From: an uncultured Candidatus Saccharibacteria bacterium
GTDB lineage: Bacteria; Patescibacteriota; Saccharimonadia; QS-5-54-17
Assembly: GCA_964638825.1 (NCBI GenBank)
Contig: CAZXAD010000002.1
Coordinates: 1-38,579, forward strand
Length of the DNA: 38,579 bases
Direction: 5' to 3'
Part shown: positions 9,107 to 16,549 of the stretch, in pieces
Layout of the letters: every line of letters starts with the position of its first letter
Numbering within the stretch: position 1 is the stretch's first letter
Notes under the pieces: generated by a model
Seen by the model: only the letters and a program-made list of their open reading frames with translations
What the model was told of the DNA's origin: nothing
Databases searched by the model: none
Translations under genes and position numbers: made by a program

Positions 9107-9742
9107 ATGCAAGAAAATAATAACAACGCAGTTCTTATATTTATTCTCGGTTTTTTGGTGGTGGCGCTCGCTGCATTAGCCGGTTGGTCGCTTTTTAAGT
9201 ACCATCAGGAACGGACAACCGTCCAAGAGCAAATTGACGCTGCTGTACAGGAAGCCAAACAGGAACAGAAAAAAACTGATGAAGCCAGATTCGAAGAAGA
9301 ACGGAAGAAACCGTTCCGCACCTATACAGCACCGGAAGTTTTTGGGGGAATTACCTTATCGTTCCCGAAAACCTGGAATATTTACGTGGAAGATTCTACC
9401 AGCGGAAGCACGCTAGTCGATCTCACCATGCATCCGGAACTCATCCGGGAGCAGCAAGGGAACGATATTCCGCGGGCATTCCGCATGCAGCTTATCAATA
9501 GCCTATTCGAAGACGCTACTCGCAGCCATCGCAGTGACGCGGAAAAAGGCGATCTTGAGGCTAACACTATTACGGTCTCCGGAATAGAAGGCATTCGATA
9601 CGAAGGTGAAATTCGTGATGAGTACGATGGAAGTCTCGTCGCGCTGCCGTATCGTGACAAAACCATACTGATGTGGACAGAAAGCCAAAAGTTTGTATCC
9701 GATTTCAATACCGTTTTGAAAAAGGCAGAGATCAGCCGATAG
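9107..9742 (+). CDS. Membrane-anchored protein of unknown function
   Basis: Single N-terminal TM helix (AVLIFILGFLVVALAALAGW), then a charged coiled segment and a roughly 140-aa domain. The ORF extends at most to 9068, but ATG 9107 lies 7 nt after a perfect TATAAT (9094-9099). Confidence 0.6.
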   Translation: MQENNNNAVLIFILGFLVVALAALAGWSLFKYHQERTTVQEQIDAAVQEAKQEQKKTDEARFEEERKKPFRTYTAPEVFGGITLSFPKTWNIYVEDSTSGSTLVDLTMHPELIREQQGNDIPRAFRMQLINSLFEDATRSHRSDAEKGDLEANTITVSGIEGIRYEGEIRDEYDGSLVALPYRDKTILMWTESQKFVSDFNTVLKKAEISR

Positions 9743-9797
9743 GGAATAGGGTTAAGCGTAAAGCGTCAAGGGTAGAGAACGAATTACGAACTAAAGA
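9742..9797. repeat. G-type heptamer array (GGGAATA GGGTTAA GCGTAAA GCGTCAA GGGTAGA GAACGAA TTACGAA CTAAAGA)
   Basis: Strict 7-nt register starting on the last base of the stop codon TAG (9740-9742). Confidence 0.75.
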
Positions 9798-10000
9798 AAA
9801 TATATACTTAAACAACTAATTCCGGATTGTAGCCTGCCAGTTCGTTTGGAGAGTTTATACTCAGAGTCGAAGACCGGCAAAGACAGACCAGGAAACACAA
9901 AGAGAAAGGATTTATTTTTCAAAGTTTTGCATTTTGTGGCTCCTTCGGTTGTTTTTAATTCTTAATTCATTTTTACTAGCTTGGGCGGACTATTAATACG

Positions 10001-10030
10001 TTAACTCTCTACGCTTTACCCTCAACTCTG
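10001..10030. repeat. C-type heptamer array (TTAACTC TCTACGC TTTACCC TCAACTC)
   Basis: Reverse-complement words of the G-type vocabulary. It lies 20-50 nt upstream of the kinase -10 box. Confidence 0.7.
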
Positions 10031-10045
10031 TGTTCTCCCACGGCC

Positions 10046-10054
10046 TGCTACAAT
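10046..10054 (+). promoter_or_regulatory. Extended -10 element TGC-TACAAT, 6 nt before ATG 10061 (leaderless candidate)
   Basis: TGnTACAAT read directly. No SD is present. The predicted transcription start coincides with the A of the ATG. Confidence 0.55.
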
Positions 10055-10060
10055 ATACCT

Positions 10061-10771
10061 ATGAGAAGTCAAGACGCCTCCCGTGAGCTGGAGTTGATAG
10101 CAGCGACCGTCCACGAATTAAAAGCACCGTTAACTCTGATACACGGTATGGGGGCGATGCTTGAATCTGAGTCTCCCGAAAAGCTAACCGCGCGACAACA
10201 AGAGCAGTTGCAGCAAATCCGGAAAGCCAGCCACCGATTAAATTCATTAGTGGAGAGTTTGCTGCACGTGGAGAATTTGCCATATATACAACATGCCCAG
10301 CCCGTACAGATTCATAGCGAGTTACACACAGTAATGGAAGAAACTAAATCCTTGACCCGTGAACGAAATGTGGCGCTGGTATGGCGGCCACGGAAAACAC
10401 TTCCGCCCGTTTTAGCCGATCCAATCAGTACGTATCAGTTGTTGAGTCACGCGATAACAGCAGTAGTGAAGTATTCTCCCTCAGGTTCCGAAGTAGTGAT
10501 GCGCACCCGCCGCCGCGGCAGCATGATCGTCTTGCATATCGATGCTCCCGGTGAGCCGATTACTCCCAGTGAAGCACATCGTATCACCGAAATTCTCGGT
10601 AAGCATTTGCAACCTGTCCGCGGACACGGTAATTCTGCCGGGCTTAGTTGGTACATAGTGAAATCCATAGTAGAATTTTACGAGGGATCGTTGAAAGTTT
10701 CACCCGGGTCGGAATATACGACGATTGCAATCCGATTGCCGGTAAGCAATCAACTGAGTTTATTTTCATAA
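10061..10771 (+). CDS. Minimal cytoplasmic histidine kinase (HisKA + HATPase_c only)
   Basis: 236 aa with H-box HELKAPLTLI and a C-terminal ATPase region (..GLSWYIVKSIVEFYEGSL). No TM helix or sensor domain is visible. Confidence 0.8.
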   Translation: MRSQDASRELELIAATVHELKAPLTLIHGMGAMLESESPEKLTARQQEQLQQIRKASHRLNSLVESLLHVENLPYIQHAQPVQIHSELHTVMEETKSLTRERNVALVWRPRKTLPPVLADPISTYQLLSHAITAVVKYSPSGSEVVMRTRRRGSMIVLHIDAPGEPITPSEAHRITEILGKHLQPVRGHGNSAGLSWYIVKSIVEFYEGSLKVSPGSEYTTIAIRLPVSNQLSLFS

Positions 10772-10803
10772 TTTCGTACTACTAACCAAGGATCTACTAC
10801 GGA

Positions 10804-11172
10804 ATGAACATTTTATTAGTTGAAGACGATATAGATGTAAGCACCATGTATGGAGTGCAACTGGAGCGGGAAGAATATGGCGTGCGGTACGCACGTTCAG
10901 CCCAGGAAGCACTGGACGTATTGGAAGAAGATAAATTCGATATACTTATTCTTGATATTTTACTACCGGGGAGTAATGGCATCGCTGTGCTACAGGAACT
11001 CCAGGGGTACGAGGATTGGCGCACCATCCCTGTAATCGTATTGAGCAATGTCACGAAGGATGATTTGGCGGTTGATGCCCGTCATCTGCAGGACCTAGGT
11101 GTGCAAGAGTATTTGATAAAAATGCAGACCACACCGGATGATTTAGCAACCGCTGTACGGGCAGTAGCGTAG
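10804..11172 (+). CDS. Stand-alone response-regulator receiver domain
   Basis: 122 aa with LLVEDD, ILILDILLPG and EYLIKM. No output domain. Lies 32 nt downstream of the kinase. Confidence 0.85.
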   Translation: MNILLVEDDIDVSTMYGVQLEREEYGVRYARSAQEALDVLEEDKFDILILDILLPGSNGIAVLQELQGYEDWRTIPVIVLSNVTKDDLAVDARHLQDLGVQEYLIKMQTTPDDLATAVRAVA

Positions 11173-11267
11173 TCCTTACACAAAATGAACCGTGTATTTT
11201 TGCGAAGGTTCCATATAAAAAATATGAAAATCTATTAATTCATAGATAGTGAAATGGATATAACAGC

Positions 11268-11975
11268 ATGAGTACATACAAAACCACGGGCATTATTTTA
11301 CGTCGGCGGGACTACGGTGAAGCCGATCGTATTTACACCATTTTAACCCTGGAAGGAAAAGTATCCGCTATCGCGAAAGGGGTGCGTCGTATACGGGCTA
11401 AACTGGCAAGCCATCTCGAGGTGTTTAGTGAAATCGATTTGATGTTCGCCCGCGGGAAGAATCTGGATGTGGTTACTTCAGCGCGCACGTGTACTCAGTA
11501 CTCACTTTCCCATGACTATGAACGGCTTCGTACCGGCTTTTTATTTTTGGAAATGGCGGACAAACTCAGCGACCAGAAGGAAACGGAAAACATTTATTTA
11601 TGCCTACGTGAAGGGTTGAGTGTCCTTGAAACGCAGCAACCGAAAGTAGTAGAGCTTGCGTTCAAGTTAAAATTATTGGATGTGCTCGGACAGAAACCGC
11701 AACTCGAAACTACATTCGATTCAAATCAACCTGTTCGTGCTGACACCTCATATAATTTCGATATGTCACACGGTGGGTTAGTAGAGGGTAGCGGAGAAAA
11801 ATCCAATTCATTATCACCGGAAGCCGTGAAATTATGGCGCTTATGCTTGCGGTATAATATCAGTGATCTTGCTAGAATTAGTGGAAGCCAGCAGGCAGCG
11901 ATCGACAGTATCTGTATCTGTGATAGATTTTACGAATATATGTACAATTTTCGATTTACTGCCGATACGATTTAA
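11268..11975 (+). CDS. recO: DNA repair protein RecO
   Basis: 235 aa. The N-terminal OB region GIILRRRDYGEADRIYTILTLEGKVSAIAKGVRR is typical of RecO. Confidence 0.85.
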   Translation: MSTYKTTGIILRRRDYGEADRIYTILTLEGKVSAIAKGVRRIRAKLASHLEVFSEIDLMFARGKNLDVVTSARTCTQYSLSHDYERLRTGFLFLEMADKLSDQKETENIYLCLREGLSVLETQQPKVVELAFKLKLLDVLGQKPQLETTFDSNQPVRADTSYNFDMSHGGLVEGSGEKSNSLSPEAVKLWRLCLRYNISDLARISGSQQAAIDSICICDRFYEYMYNFRFTADTI

Positions 11976-11997
11976 AATAAGCACGCCAGTATAGTTG

Positions 11998-12033
11998 ACT
12001 TAAACCGGTAAATCATGATTTACCGGTTTAAGT
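11998..12033. repeat. 36-bp perfect palindrome ACTTAAACCGGTAAATCATGATTTACCGGTTTAAGT
   Basis: Both arms were verified base by base. It lies 23 nt after the recO stop. No U-tract follows on either strand. Confidence 0.85.
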
Positions 12034-12065
12034 AATACAATTATGCCAGCAACATGCTTTGCTAG

Positions 12066-12094
12066 TTGACGTTACAGGTACAATGAAGTATTAT
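12066..12094 (+). promoter_or_regulatory. Sigma-70-type promoter TTGACG-N17-TATTAT
   Basis: Hexamers and the 17-nt spacer were counted directly. It lies about 45 nt upstream of the SD (TAGGAG) and ATG 12142. Confidence 0.5.
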
Positions 12095-12141
12095 TTATAT
12101 CCAAATAATACGTAAGTAGCAATATAAAATAGGAGCTTTAA

Positions 12142-12339
12142 ATGACTAAAGAACATATATGGCCAGCAACTCCACAACAACCGCAACCAGAATATTTTCA
12201 TGGAATAAACGGCGAAGGTGTTATTTCAGCAGCTGGCGTACTAGAGGTGTTACGTAATACTCTTACTCCTGATGAACGTGAGGAAACCGATACAGGTGGC
12301 ACGACCGAAGGAAATAATGATGACGACAGAGAAACGTAA
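12142..12339 (+). CDS. Small acidic protein of unknown function (65 aa)
   Basis: The ORF has its own promoter-like element and a TAGGAG Shine-Dalgarno 7 nt upstream. The C-terminus is strongly acidic (EETDTGGTTEGNNDDDRET). Confidence 0.5.
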   Translation: MTKEHIWPATPQQPQPEYFHGINGEGVISAAGVLEVLRNTLTPDEREETDTGGTTEGNNDDDRET

Positions 12340-12402
12340 AAATCCTAAACTCGGGTAAAACAATATAGAGTAACCTTATTTAGGTTGAAAATATAAAAAG
12401 TT

Positions 12403-12444
12403 GGATACTTTATACTTAGTACACGATACTTTATACTGTTAAGG
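12403..12444 (+). repeat. Two tandem 21-nt units, each containing GATACTTTATACT (TATACT -10-like box)
   Basis: The two units are 12403-12423 and 12424-12444, with a 13-nt exact core. The second TATACT ends 8 nt before the glyQS ATG. Confidence 0.75.
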
Positions 12445-12445
12445 C

Positions 12446-13813
12446 ATGAACAAGCAAAATCCCAGTCTTGAGGTATTAGCATCGCTTGCAAAGCGAAGAG
12501 GGTTCGTGTATCAGGGTAGTGAAATTTACGGCGGACTCGCCGGAACGTGGGATTACGGGCCCATGGGCGTGCAGCTTAAACGGAATTTACAAAACTTGTG
12601 GTGGCGGATGTTCGTAGAAAACAGGGATGACGTATACGGTTTGGATACAGCTATCCTGATGAGCCAACGGGTATGGCAGGCCAGCGGCCATACGGGTGCG
12701 GGATTCGCCGATCCGATGGTAGAAGACCTTGAAACCAAAAAGCGGTACCGCGCGGACCATTTACTGGGAGACAATGGAGTAGAAGATGCTGAGTCGTTAT
12801 CGTTCGAAGAGATGGATCAGGTCATTCAGAAAAAAGACATTAAAAGCCCCGAAGGTAATCAGCTCAGCAACGTACGGCAATTTAATATGATGTTCGAAAC
12901 GTATGCCGGATCTCTCCAGGATGAAACCGCGAAAACGTATCTGCGTCCCGAAACCGCCCAGGGTATGTTCGTGAATTTCAAGAATGTCGTCGACAGCTTA
13001 TATCCGGATTTGCCGTTCGGATTAGCGCAAATCGGCCGATGTTTTCGCAACGAGATCAGTCCGCGGGAGTTTATTTTCCGCGTGCGTGAATTAGAGATAA
13101 TGGAGCTGGAATACTTCATAGAGGAAAAAGACTGGCAAAATGTGTTCGAAGACTGGCGACAGCAGTTTTACGGATGGTGCGAGGCGATTGGTTTGGACAC
13201 GAATAAGGTACACGAATTGGATGTACCCGACGAGGAACGGGCGCATTATTCCGATAAAACGGTGGACTTCGAATACGAATTCAGTTTCGGTACCAAGGAA
13301 ATCGCCGCCGTTGCGTACCGGACTGATTTCGATTTGCGCAACCATACGGAGCAATCCGGAGTCAGTCTCGAATATCCGAAAAAAGGGAGCAATGAACGCA
13401 TCATCCCGCACGTTATCGAGCCTACTTGGGGTTTGGACCGGAATTTATTAGCGGTGCTCTCAGAGGCATACAAGGAAGAGGAAGTAGAAGACGAAACCCG
13501 CATAGTATTGAAATTACCCCATGAATTAGCACCAGTTAAAGTGGCGGTATTTCCGTTGTTGCAGAATAAAGAGGAATTAGTAGGGAAAGCCCGTGAGGTA
13601 TATGAAAAATTGCAGCAACAATTCGGTAGCGTGACGTGGGACGGCAGCGGCAACATCGGCAAGCGCTATCGGCGCCAGGATGAAATCGGAACGCCGTATT
13701 GTGTCACGGTAGATTTCGATTCGCTGGAGGATGACAGCGTGACCGTTCGCGACCGGGATTCGATGGAGCAGAAGCGGGTAAAAGTTAATGAGTTAACTAC
13801 TCATTTAACTTAG
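12446..13813 (+). CDS. glyQS: Glycine--tRNA ligase (class II, homodimeric GlyQS type)
   Basis: 455 aa with RRGFVYQGSEIYGGLAGTWDYGPMGVQLKRNL, a FRNEISPR motif 2 context and a C-terminal anticodon-binding domain. Confidence 0.95.
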   Translation: MNKQNPSLEVLASLAKRRGFVYQGSEIYGGLAGTWDYGPMGVQLKRNLQNLWWRMFVENRDDVYGLDTAILMSQRVWQASGHTGAGFADPMVEDLETKKRYRADHLLGDNGVEDAESLSFEEMDQVIQKKDIKSPEGNQLSNVRQFNMMFETYAGSLQDETAKTYLRPETAQGMFVNFKNVVDSLYPDLPFGLAQIGRCFRNEISPREFIFRVRELEIMELEYFIEEKDWQNVFEDWRQQFYGWCEAIGLDTNKVHELDVPDEERAHYSDKTVDFEYEFSFGTKEIAAVAYRTDFDLRNHTEQSGVSLEYPKKGSNERIIPHVIEPTWGLDRNLLAVLSEAYKEEEVEDETRIVLKLPHELAPVKVAVFPLLQNKEELVGKAREVYEKLQQQFGSVTWDGSGNIGKRYRRQDEIGTPYCVTVDFDSLEDDSVTVRDRDSMEQKRVKVNELTTHLT

Positions 13814-13819
13814 AAATGT

Positions 13820-14578
13820 ATGACCAAATTTCATAAACAACCACCATATATCGTTATTTTTCGGAAAAACAGAGAAGGTGTTTCCGCGCAGGAATTCGTA
13901 TATATCGGCTCAGAGCACAGCTATGATATAAATCACCCGCAATTCGGGATTATACAGCGGTATTGGGAACATTGGTTATATGGCAAGGATAGCAATAATT
14001 GCATAGCTCTGATTGAGGGCGGAACGTTCGATCCGCCGCAGTCTCTGGAAGATGCTATGCACGAGAACGCTGAAAGGGGGTTTCTAGCATGGAAAGCGGA
14101 GCAGGAAAATATGCAATTCACGTCTCCGGAGCCAGATTATAAACAGGAAATGCGGCATTTACTGCAAGCGTTCAGCAAAGAACAGATATTTCACTATTAT
14201 TTTATTCGCAGCGTGGTGCAGTGGCACCGGATTGACCCGCGCCCTGATTTTCGCGAACATTTCGAGTTCGTGCCGAGAATGCCCGAGCGGTACGGAATAG
14301 AGAATTATGAACTAACCCTGGAAAAGTTAGTGGACATCCATAAAGAAATTACCGGCCGGGAATTCGATCCAGAAGATGTCTATTTTTTGCGCAGACTGGG
14401 GTCGTCTTATTATGATAAAGCAATAACCAATAAAGTCTCCGCCCGGTCCATGGCATTCCGTGACCAACATATAGTTGGAGAGATTGAAAAGTATTGGGAT
14501 GAAGGAAAGAGTATTTTCAGCGTATACGGCTTTTATCACGTAGAGGAACAGGAAGAACAACTGAAACAGTTGCTATAG
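13820..14578 (+). CDS. Hypothetical protein; possible Tiki/TraB/ChaN-superfamily fold (weak)
   Basis: 252 aa, starting 6 nt after glyQS. It has an N-terminal IGSEHS and a C-terminal VYGFYHV, reminiscent of the paired GxxH motifs of that superfamily. This is based on motifs only. Confidence 0.6.
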   Translation: MTKFHKQPPYIVIFRKNREGVSAQEFVYIGSEHSYDINHPQFGIIQRYWEHWLYGKDSNNCIALIEGGTFDPPQSLEDAMHENAERGFLAWKAEQENMQFTSPEPDYKQEMRHLLQAFSKEQIFHYYFIRSVVQWHRIDPRPDFREHFEFVPRMPERYGIENYELTLEKLVDIHKEITGREFDPEDVYFLRRLGSSYYDKAITNKVSARSMAFRDQHIVGEIEKYWDEGKSIFSVYGFYHVEEQEEQLKQLL

Positions 14579-14665
14579 TACTCACAAATCCAACCCCCTA
14601 TAATTGTTTGTCAAAACATCACTTACATGATATAAAAATGTTACTATTAAACCGTAATTTTCGAC

Positions 14666-15214
14666 ATGGAACAGAGAAAAGAGAACCATCAACACGAGAG
14701 TATGAACGAAGTTCTCGCGAACGAGGTCAAAAGCGCGGTAGCTGATATCGAAAAAAGACACGTTGAACTTCCCGAGGCGCAGTGGAGGCAAGCTACCAGT
14801 AAAGATTTACGAGAGTTTACAGCCCAGTTACGGGAACACTGGTTTCCTGGCAGGCACTTGGTAGCGATTGAGGGCGAAGCAATCTATGGGTATTTCGAGG
14901 ACAATAAAGGAAGAAGCGGCCTTAGAAAACACACTGGTGAAGCATGCGGAGAACTAGGCGAAATCCGCTTATTCGACTACCCGTATACAGGAACTCCCAT
15001 GGTAGTACTGAACCCTGATCCGTCCCGTGCGTATGATCCGCTCAAGTTGAGCGAGGAGCTTAAGCGTAATCATTCGTTAGAGTTAATACCGGTAGAGGCA
15101 GTGCGTGGCATCCAACCGTACCAATCCATGCAGGAAGAAACGTCCAAAGAATTCAATGAACTGATTAAGCAATTCGGCGAAGGCGGCTCCACGAATTTTA
15201 CCGCCACTATTTAA
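14666..15214 (+). CDS. Hypothetical protein (182 aa)
   Basis: Clean ORF with a TTGTCA-N17-TATAAA promoter-like element at 14608-14636. No recognisable motifs. Confidence 0.55.
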   Translation: MEQRKENHQHESMNEVLANEVKSAVADIEKRHVELPEAQWRQATSKDLREFTAQLREHWFPGRHLVAIEGEAIYGYFEDNKGRSGLRKHTGEACGELGEIRLFDYPYTGTPMVVLNPDPSRAYDPLKLSEELKRNHSLELIPVEAVRGIQPYQSMQEETSKEFNELIKQFGEGGSTNFTATI

Positions 15215-15229
15215 AAAGCAAACTTTTGG

Positions 15230-16363
15230 CTACTGGGGTGTAATACGTAAAATTTTATCATCATCAGGGTTTGGACTGCCGCGGCCGTCTCTGTTGCTGG
15301 TTAGCATGTATAAGCGCCCGTTTGGTCCTTCCTGGATAGTTCGCAGACGTCCGTACTCGTTTTTGAAAATACTTTTTATCTGATTGGTCGCGGTATCGAG
15401 CTGCCACAAACTTTCGCTCCGTAGGCCGGCGAATATAAACGTGCCGCGCCAAGACTCAGGGAGAACATCGGTATCATAAAAGACAGCTCCAGAGGGCGCC
15501 CATGTTAGCGAACCGCTGCTTTTGACCGGATTACGATAGTTTACTACTGGTGCATCGGTCCGGGAATCCAATTCAATACTTCCTTCCGCTGCCGGCCATC
15601 CATAGTTAGCGCCGGGTTCGATTTCGTTGACTTCGTCATGAGCCTGCGGGCCGTGTTCTGTGGCATAGAGACTACCGTTGGGATCCCAATCCAGTCCCTG
15701 GACGTTGCGGTGGCCGTATGAATACACGAAGGAATTCGGGTCCGGGTTGTCCACCGGTTTACTGCCATCAGGATTAATGCGGAGAATTTTACCGGCCAGT
15801 GAATCTTTATTCTGTGCTGATGCAGGGGTGCGGGCATCTCCGGTGCCCGCATACAGCTTGCCATCAGGGCCGAAGGCGATCCGGCCGCCATTATGGAATT
15901 CAGCACCGGGGATTTTATTAACCAGCACCGTTTCTTCTACGAGCGCATCGCCGTTAAACCGATACCGGGAGATTCGGTTGGTGGGCTTTGCGGTAGTGTA
16001 ATACACGTATACATATTGATTAGAGGAGAAATTCGGATCGAGCGCCAACCCGAGCGTACCGCCCTCGGATTCAGCGCGCGGTAATGTAAGAATTGGTTTT
16101 TTGCGGAGTTCGCCGTCCTGTATAACACGGACGCGTCCGGGCCGTTCAGTGAAAAAAATGTCGCCCGTTTCGGTAAAATCGATCGCCCACGGTGCACGCA
16201 GATTATCAGCTACTGTTTCTACGGCGACTCCGCTCGGAGATTGCGTAGTAATCTGGCTGCCCGGCGGTTCTTGCCATATCGAAACGGGTAACCATGTATA
16301 TACGGCCCATACGATGCCGCCGATGATAATGATGCCAGTAATAATGAATAATATTTTTTTCAT
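15230..16363 (-). CDS. PQQ-dependent sugar (glucose/sorbosone) dehydrogenase, beta-propeller, membrane-anchored
   Basis: 377 aa with an N-terminal TM anchor, HNGGRIAFGPDGKLY, SYGHRNVQGLDWDP and NYGWP, which are family blocks. TATACT lies 8 nt before the ATG. Confidence 0.85.
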   Translation of the reverse strand: MKKILFIITGIIIIGGIVWAVYTWLPVSIWQEPPGSQITTQSPSGVAVETVADNLRAPWAIDFTETGDIFFTERPGRVRVIQDGELRKKPILTLPRAESEGGTLGLALDPNFSSNQYVYVYYTTAKPTNRISRYRFNGDALVEETVLVNKIPGAEFHNGGRIAFGPDGKLYAGTGDARTPASAQNKDSLAGKILRINPDGSKPVDNPDPNSFVYSYGHRNVQGLDWDPNGSLYATEHGPQAHDEVNEIEPGANYGWPAAEGSIELDSRTDAPVVNYRNPVKSSGSLTWAPSGAVFYDTDVLPESWRGTFIFAGLRSESLWQLDTATNQIKSIFKNEYGRLRTIQEGPNGRLYMLTSNRDGRGSPNPDDDKILRITPQ

Positions 16364-16383
16364 ATACTCTTAGTATAACGTAT

Positions 16384-16460
16384 GGGAAGGGTAGAGGGTT
16401 AAGAGCAGAAGGGTAAGGAATAGAAATTCGGAATACTATATTCTAAATTCCGTATTTCAT
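16384..16460. repeat. Heptamer array: G-type words (GGGTAGA GGGTTAA ..) grading into A/T-type words (GGAATAG AAATTCG GAATACT ATATTCT AAATTCC)
   Basis: 7-nt register with one 1-nt phase slip. It contains the exact 21-mer shared with 2556-2576 and four GGG tracts. Confidence 0.7.
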
Positions 16461-16549
16461 TCTCGTATAAAACATATGTAGGGCAGGGTGTTTATTGCGC
16501 AACGCCATATCTGTATTTTCGCTCGTGTTCGGAAAAATTTCGGTACAGG

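Noticed and set aside
12340-12445. T-box leader upstream of glyQS.
   Set aside because: The gap is only 105 nt and is occupied by the tandem 21-nt promoter-like repeat. There is no specifier loop, T-box sequence or terminator/antiterminator pair.
1876-16460. CRISPR array as an explanation for the short repeats.
   Set aside because: The units are 7 nt, contiguous and degenerate with no unique spacers. The arrays are 30-75 nt long and dispersed, and no cas genes are present.
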